Assembly: GCA_028534125.1 (NCBI GenBank)
Contig: CM052817.1
Coordinates: 39,496,001 to 39,560,000 of the forward strand
Length of the DNA stretch: 64,000 nt
Reading direction: 5' to 3'
Source: Lama glama
Lineage: Eukaryota
Part shown: positions 63,412-64,000 of the stretch, in pieces
Position numbering within the stretch: position 1 is the stretch's first letter
How the letters are laid out: the number at the start of each line of letters is the position of its first letter
Translations under genes and position numbers: made by a program
Notes under the pieces: generated by a model
Seen by the model: the letters and a program-made list of their open reading frames with translations, nothing else
The model's database searches: none
Told to the model about the DNA's origin: nothing

Positions 63412-63886
63412 TGTCACAGTTGTTTAGTTGTTTTCCCACCCAAAACACCTCTCTCTCTCTCTCTCTTTTTCTCTCCTACTGTCTCTCAGCCTCAGAATAT
63501 GACCTTATTTGGAAATAGGATCTTTATAGATATAATTAGTTAGGATGAGGCCATTCCGGAGTAACATGAGCCCTTTATCCAGTAAGACTCGTGCGCCCAT
63601 AAGAGGAGAAGACAGACAGACACAGGTGGGAACTATGTGAAGACAGAGGCAGACATTGGCAGGAGGCATCTACAAACAAGCCAAGAAATGCCAAGGACTG
63701 CCGGCAACACCAGAAGCTCGGAGAAAGGAATGAAACAGATTCTCCCCTAGAGACTTCAGAGACAGCATGACCCTGCCAACACCTTAATTCAGATGTATAG
63801 CCTCCAGAACTGTGAGAAAATTAATTTCTGTTGTTTTGTCACCAGTTTGTGATGTTTTATTACAGCAGCCCTAAAACACTAATACT
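63412..63886 (+). mobile_element. MaLR solo LTR (MLT1B/C-like) with an internal (CT)n expansion
   Basis: gaatatgaccttatttggaaatagg...atgtgaagacagaggcaga...cctccagaactgtgagaaaattaatttctgttg...tacagcagcccta. Confidence 0.93.
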
Positions 63887-64000
63887 GCACCCTTGGACAA
63901 TAAATAATAATATCTAATTCTCAGGGCTACTAAGAGGATTAGATGGCAGAAAGTATACAAAGAGTTTAGCAGTGGTGATACAGAGTAAATATTCAAGAAG

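Overview
This is mammalian non-coding DNA, either a large intron or an intergenic region. It is AT-rich and dominated by old interspersed repeats: MIR, L2, several L1 age classes, MaLR/ERV1/ERVL solo LTRs, and hAT and Tigger DNA-transposon relics. A tRNA-Ala(AGC)-derived SINE at 62681-62841, with a 15-bp target-site duplication (TSD), resembles the camelid Vic-1-type SINE. No Alu, Bov-A/Bov-tA or PRE-1 copies were seen, so a camelid source is likely (inference). An exactly 500-N scaffold gap lies at 29677-30176. I could not recognise any protein-coding exon, RNA gene or processed pseudogene. The only ORFs with recognisable homology are decayed L1 ORF2p C-terminal fragments, plus a short Tigger transposase N-terminal peptide. 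I found no evidence for a new biological system. The best leads are a near-perfect 66-bp palindrome inside a MIR, two dense transcription-factor motif clusters in unique DNA, a CpG-retaining ancient LTR, a speculative chain of minus-strand exon-like segments, and nested or chimeric transposon insertions. Repeat family names come from recalled consensus sequences, not a search, and boundaries without a TSD are approximate.
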